Position numbers and translations under genes: made by a program
In this document: positions 60,877 to 64,000 of the stretch, piece by piece
How the letters are laid out: each line of letters starts with the position of its first letter
How positions within the stretch are numbered: position 1 is the stretch's first letter
From: Candidatus Nanopelagicales bacterium
GTDB taxonomy: Bacteria; Actinomycetota; Actinomycetes; S36-B12; UBA10799
DNA length: 64,000 nt
NCBI GenBank assembly: GCA_037046735.1
Contig: JBAOHC010000027.1
Location: 268,307-332,306, forward strand
Reading direction: 5' to 3'
The notes under the pieces: model-generated
The model's database searches: none
Told to the model about the DNA's origin: nothing
The model's input: the letters and a program-made list of their open reading frames with translations, nothing else

Positions 60877-60956
60877 AGGCGCTCTATCCCTCTGAGCACC
60901 GCATAGACGAGCGCAAATGCGACGAGAATGAGCAGGGCGTAAGCAAGATCTGACAT
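60873..60956 (-). CDS. candidate 27-aa hydrophobic peptide preceding kdpF
   Basis: MSDLAYALLILVAFALVYAVLRGIERL. GGAAGGGA lies upstream. Its TGA overlaps the kdpF GTG (GTGA). Confidence 0.35.
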   Translation of the reverse strand: MSDLAYALLILVAFALVYAVLRGIERL

Positions 60957-61248
60957 TTCAATCCCTTCCGCCTCTATGACGCGCCCGCAGACCCGGCACG
61001 AGCAGCAATCCTGACCACTCCCTGACCTACGGTCGACGGATCCTGATGAACCCCAGACCCCCGCCGAGCGCCACTTCGGCCGAGTGCGCACCTGGGCAGG
61101 GGCGGAGTCGACGGAGCACGGTTGGCACTCCTGCCGAGTGCATGCCCGACGGACAAAGGCCGGGCGAACTTAGACCGACGTTCTGGCAGGCCGGCGTGGC
61201 CTCGATCGTTGTTGGTGGTGCTGCCCGCGTGCGCGGGAAGAATGATCT

Positions 61249-62359
61249 TTAAGGGTCATCGGGTCGGCTGGTGTATCGCTTGCCGCGGGGGCTGATCCAG
61301 ATGGTGGTGTTGTTCGGTCCGCGTTCCACCCGCCAGCCGCTGTGGGTTTTGATGCGGTGGTGGTATCGGCATAGCGGCTGGAGATTGTCGGCGTCGGTGG
61401 GGCCTGCGGGCCAGGGGACGATGTGGTCGAGGTCGCAGTTGCGGGCGGGCCGGCGGCAGCCCGGGAAGCGGCAGTGCCGGTCGCGGGTTCGGACGTACCG
61501 GCGCATCTTCAGATTCGGCAGGTACCCGGCCTGTAACTGGGGCAGGGTCAGCCGGATGATCGCCGAGGGCAGTTCCAGGCGGCGCAGCAGATCATCCGCA
61601 TGGGCATCAGCGATCGGCCCGTACCCCTCGATCTCGGCCCCGTCATCGGTCATGATCACCGCGACCGGGACCTGCTCCGCGGGCGTGATCCCCGTCAACA
61701 GTTCGATGAACATGTCGGCCCGGATCGCCTCCCGGTTACCGTGAATGTTGTTCGACCGCACCCGGATCGAATCCATACACGCCGTCGCCTCCTCAGCGGT
61801 CAGATAGGCCGACAGGGTGGCCATGCCGTCCGGTTCCGGGATCAGGCTGCCTTTGCGACACGTGCGGGCCTTCTTACGGCGCCGGTCCGCGGCGTCGGCG
61901 TCGATCCGGTCGACCTGGCGGGTCAGCCACGGCCGTAGCTGCCCGCGGGTCCGGGACTGCGCGTAGCCGATCGCCCGCTCGGCCAGCCCCTGCCGGTCCG
62001 CAGGCGCCAGCCCGAGGGTGGCTGTGGCAATCTCGCGCACCTTGCCCAGGTCGATCCGCCCCTCAGTCAGCGCGGCCAGCAGCACCGGCAGATCCTGGAC
62101 CACATCCACGGCCAGATCCACTATCGACGAGGCGGCACCCGGGCGACCAGACCATCGCACACGCCACCTCCGGCGGTGTCGGGTCAACCACCACACCGTC
62201 CGGATCGGCACCCAGCTCAGACTCCACGAACACCTGATGAAACGCCCGCAACTGCCGGGCGTGGCAGTACCCGATCACCGCCTCGGCCGCTTTCGCCGCA
62301 TCGAGGGGATCCTCGTCGGAGAACATCACCTCCAGGACCGCCACCACCGAATCGTTCAT
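61249..62359 (-). CDS. DUF222 + HNH endonuclease protein (REP13E12-like), frame change at 62138-62143
   Basis: C-terminal CRFPGCRRPARNCDLDHIVPW...LCRYHHRIKTH. The N-terminal DUF222-like part (MNDSVVAVLEVMFSDEDPLDAAKAAEAVIGYCHARQL) is in ORF 62063..62503. The frames join at cccggg. Confidence 0.8.
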
Positions 62360-62628
62360 GGTCACACCGTACGAAAGGGCTACGACAAGTTCTTCGGACC
62401 AGTAACTTCGCGAACACCAGTGGGCAATGGCAGGGACTGGCAGCCTCTGCAGACGAACCCGCTCATGCGGCGGATCGCGAGTTCGAGCCCCTGGCGAACA
62501 CACGCCTCAGTACGGGTACGCGGCCTTGACTGCGATTTGACCACTTTGGACACACCCGGCCTGTCAGGGCCAAGATGAGAACGACCGAAGGACGCTGTTT
62601 CGGTGCGGTCACGAACCCAGGAGGCCCG

Positions 62629-64000
62629 ATGTCAGCAGCCGACACCCTCGGTGCACCAGACGCCCATCAAGCCAGCCGTGGCGCCTTCACCTCTCGCAAG
62701 GTGTTCATCCTGGCCGCGATCGGTTCCGCCGTCGGGCTGGGCAACATTTGGCGGTTCCCATACGTGGCCTACGAGAACGGCGGCGGGGCGTTCATCATCC
62801 CCTACCTCGTTGCCCTACTGACCGCTGGTTTGCCGTTCCTGCTCTTCGACTACTCGATCGGTCACCGCTACCGGGGCTCGGCACCCCTGTCCTTCCGCCG
62901 TATGGGCCGAGGCGCCGAGGTGATGGGCTGGTGGCAGGTGGGCATCTGCGCGATCATCGCCGTCTACTACGCCGCCATCATCGCCTGGTCGCTGCGGTAC
63001 GCCGTGTTCTCCCTGGACCAGGCGTGGGGGGACGACCCGGGCGCATTCCTCACTGGCGACTTCCTGCAAGTGGCCGACCCCGGCGTCGGCCTGGACTTCG
63101 TGCCGGGCGTGCTCGCCCCACTGGTGATCGTCTGGGTGGTGGTTCTGGCGATCATGGTCGCCGGCGTGCAGAAGGGCATCGGTGCCACATCGGTGCTCTT
63201 CATCCCGCTGCTCGTCCTGGCGTTCCTGGTCCTGGTGATCCGATCCCTGTTCCTGCCCGGCGCCGCCGAGGGTCTCAACGGGCTCTTCAACCCGAACTGG
63301 AGCGCCCTGGCCGACACCGGGGTCTGGGCAGCGGCGTTCGGTCAGATCTTCTTCTCGCTGTCCATCGGCTTCGGCATCATGATCACCTACGCGTCGTACG
63401 TCGGGCGCCGCACCGACATGACCGGCTCAGGATTTGTCGTCGGATTCGCCAACTCCGGCTTCGAACTGCTGGCAGGCATCGGCGTGTTCGCCGCACTGGG
63501 TTTCATGGCCCAGGCCAACGGGGTTGGCGTCGACGGCGTCGTGGACCAAGGACTCGGACTCGCCTTCGTCGCCTTCCCCACGATCATCTCCGAGGCGCCC
63601 GGGCGGGAGCCTGATCGGCGTGCTCTTCTTCGGCTCCTTGGTCATCGCAGGGCTGACATCCTTGGTCAGTGTCATCGAAGTCGTCATCTCGGCGGTGCGG
63701 GACAAGTTCGCGCTGGGCCGAGTGTCAGCAAGTCTGATCGTCGGCATCCCCGCCGCACTGCTGAGCATTCTGGCCTTCGCCACGACCACCGGCGTGCCGA
63801 TCCTGGACACCATGGACCACTTCATCAACCGGTTCGGGATCCTGCTGGCCGCCGTGGTGAGCATGGTCGTCGTGACCTGGGTCTTGCGCGACCTGCCAGG
63901 ACTGCGGGCACATATGAACGCCACCGGCTCCCTGCAACTGGGGAGATGGTGGGTGGTCCTGGTCTCGGTAGTGACACCCGCAGCCCTCACCTTCGTGCTC
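62629..64000 (+). CDS. sodium-dependent transporter (NSS/SNF family), 3' end outside window, frame change at 63598-63607
   Basis: [28 protein letters not shown] and [17 protein letters not shown]. After EAPG the sensible reading ([21 protein letters not shown]...) is in the next frame. Absent from the track because there is no in-window stop. Confidence 0.85.
   Translation, partial: MSAADTLGAPDAHQASRGAFTSRKVFILAAIGSAVGLGNIWRFPYVAYENGGGAFIIPYLVALLTAGLPFLLFDYSIGHRYRGSAPLSFRRMGRGAEVMGWWQVGICAIIAVYYAAIIAWSLRYAVFSLDQAWGDDPGAFLTGDFLQVADPGVGLDFVPGVLAPLVIVWVVVLAIMVAGVQKGIGATSVLFIPLLVLAFLVLVIRSLFLPGAAEGLNGLFNPNWSALADTGVWAAAFGQIFFSLSIGFGIMITYASYVGRRTDMTGSGFVVGFANSGFELLAGIGVFAALGFMAQANGVGVDGVVDQGLGLAFVAFPTIISEAPGREPDRRALLRLLGHRRADILGQCHRSRHLGGAGQVRAGPSVSKSDRRHPRRTAEHSGLRHDHRRADPGHHGPLHQPVRDPAGRRGEHGRRDLGLARPARTAGTYERHRLPATGEMVGGPGLGSDTRSPHLRA

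Overview
High-GC, actinobacterial-type chromosomal segment with GC3-rich codons and many Arg/Pro-rich shadow ORFs in the six-frame track. I support about 60 protein-coding genes. By eye I found no rRNA, tRNA or CRISPR array. Most content is ordinary transport and metabolism: azlCD, TerC, a WS/DGAT acyltransferase, amidase, glpF, an SLC13 permease, SulP, argG, a Zn-ADH, ferredoxin reductase, an OYE flavoenzyme, and a complete kdpFABC-kdpDE locus. Accessory or notable items: (1) a rifampin ADP-ribosyltransferase (arr). (2) A bacterial PHM/DBH-like copper monooxygenase lipoprotein. (3) A CbbX/SpoVK-type AAA+ ATPase convergent with, and 3'-overlapping, a 956-aa polytopic protein carrying split alpha/beta-hydrolase motifs, next to an SNF2 helicase + SWIM pair. 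(4) A structured, lower-GC 450-bp leader with three copies of a 14-16 nt motif. (5) Two tandem collagen-like secreted paralogs plus a secreted putative Cys peptidase. (6) Two homologous ~70-nt hairpin elements bracketing a small gene island. (7) A TACCCC-N3-GGGGTA palindrome in front of a Cys-rich miniprotein. (8) A 760-aa orphan secreted protein. (9) A DUF222-HNH (REP13E12-like) gene beside kdp. A cross-cutting caveat: at least 15 genes or gene segments are interrupted by single-nucleotide frame changes, most where I resolved the site at short homopolymers. This looks more like assembly indel error than biology, so I give interrupted genes as whole spans. I cannot name a known defence or mobile system here. 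The AAA+/membrane-hydrolase/SNF2-SWIM neighbourhood and its repeat-bearing leader are my best candidates for something uncharacterised, and that remains inference.
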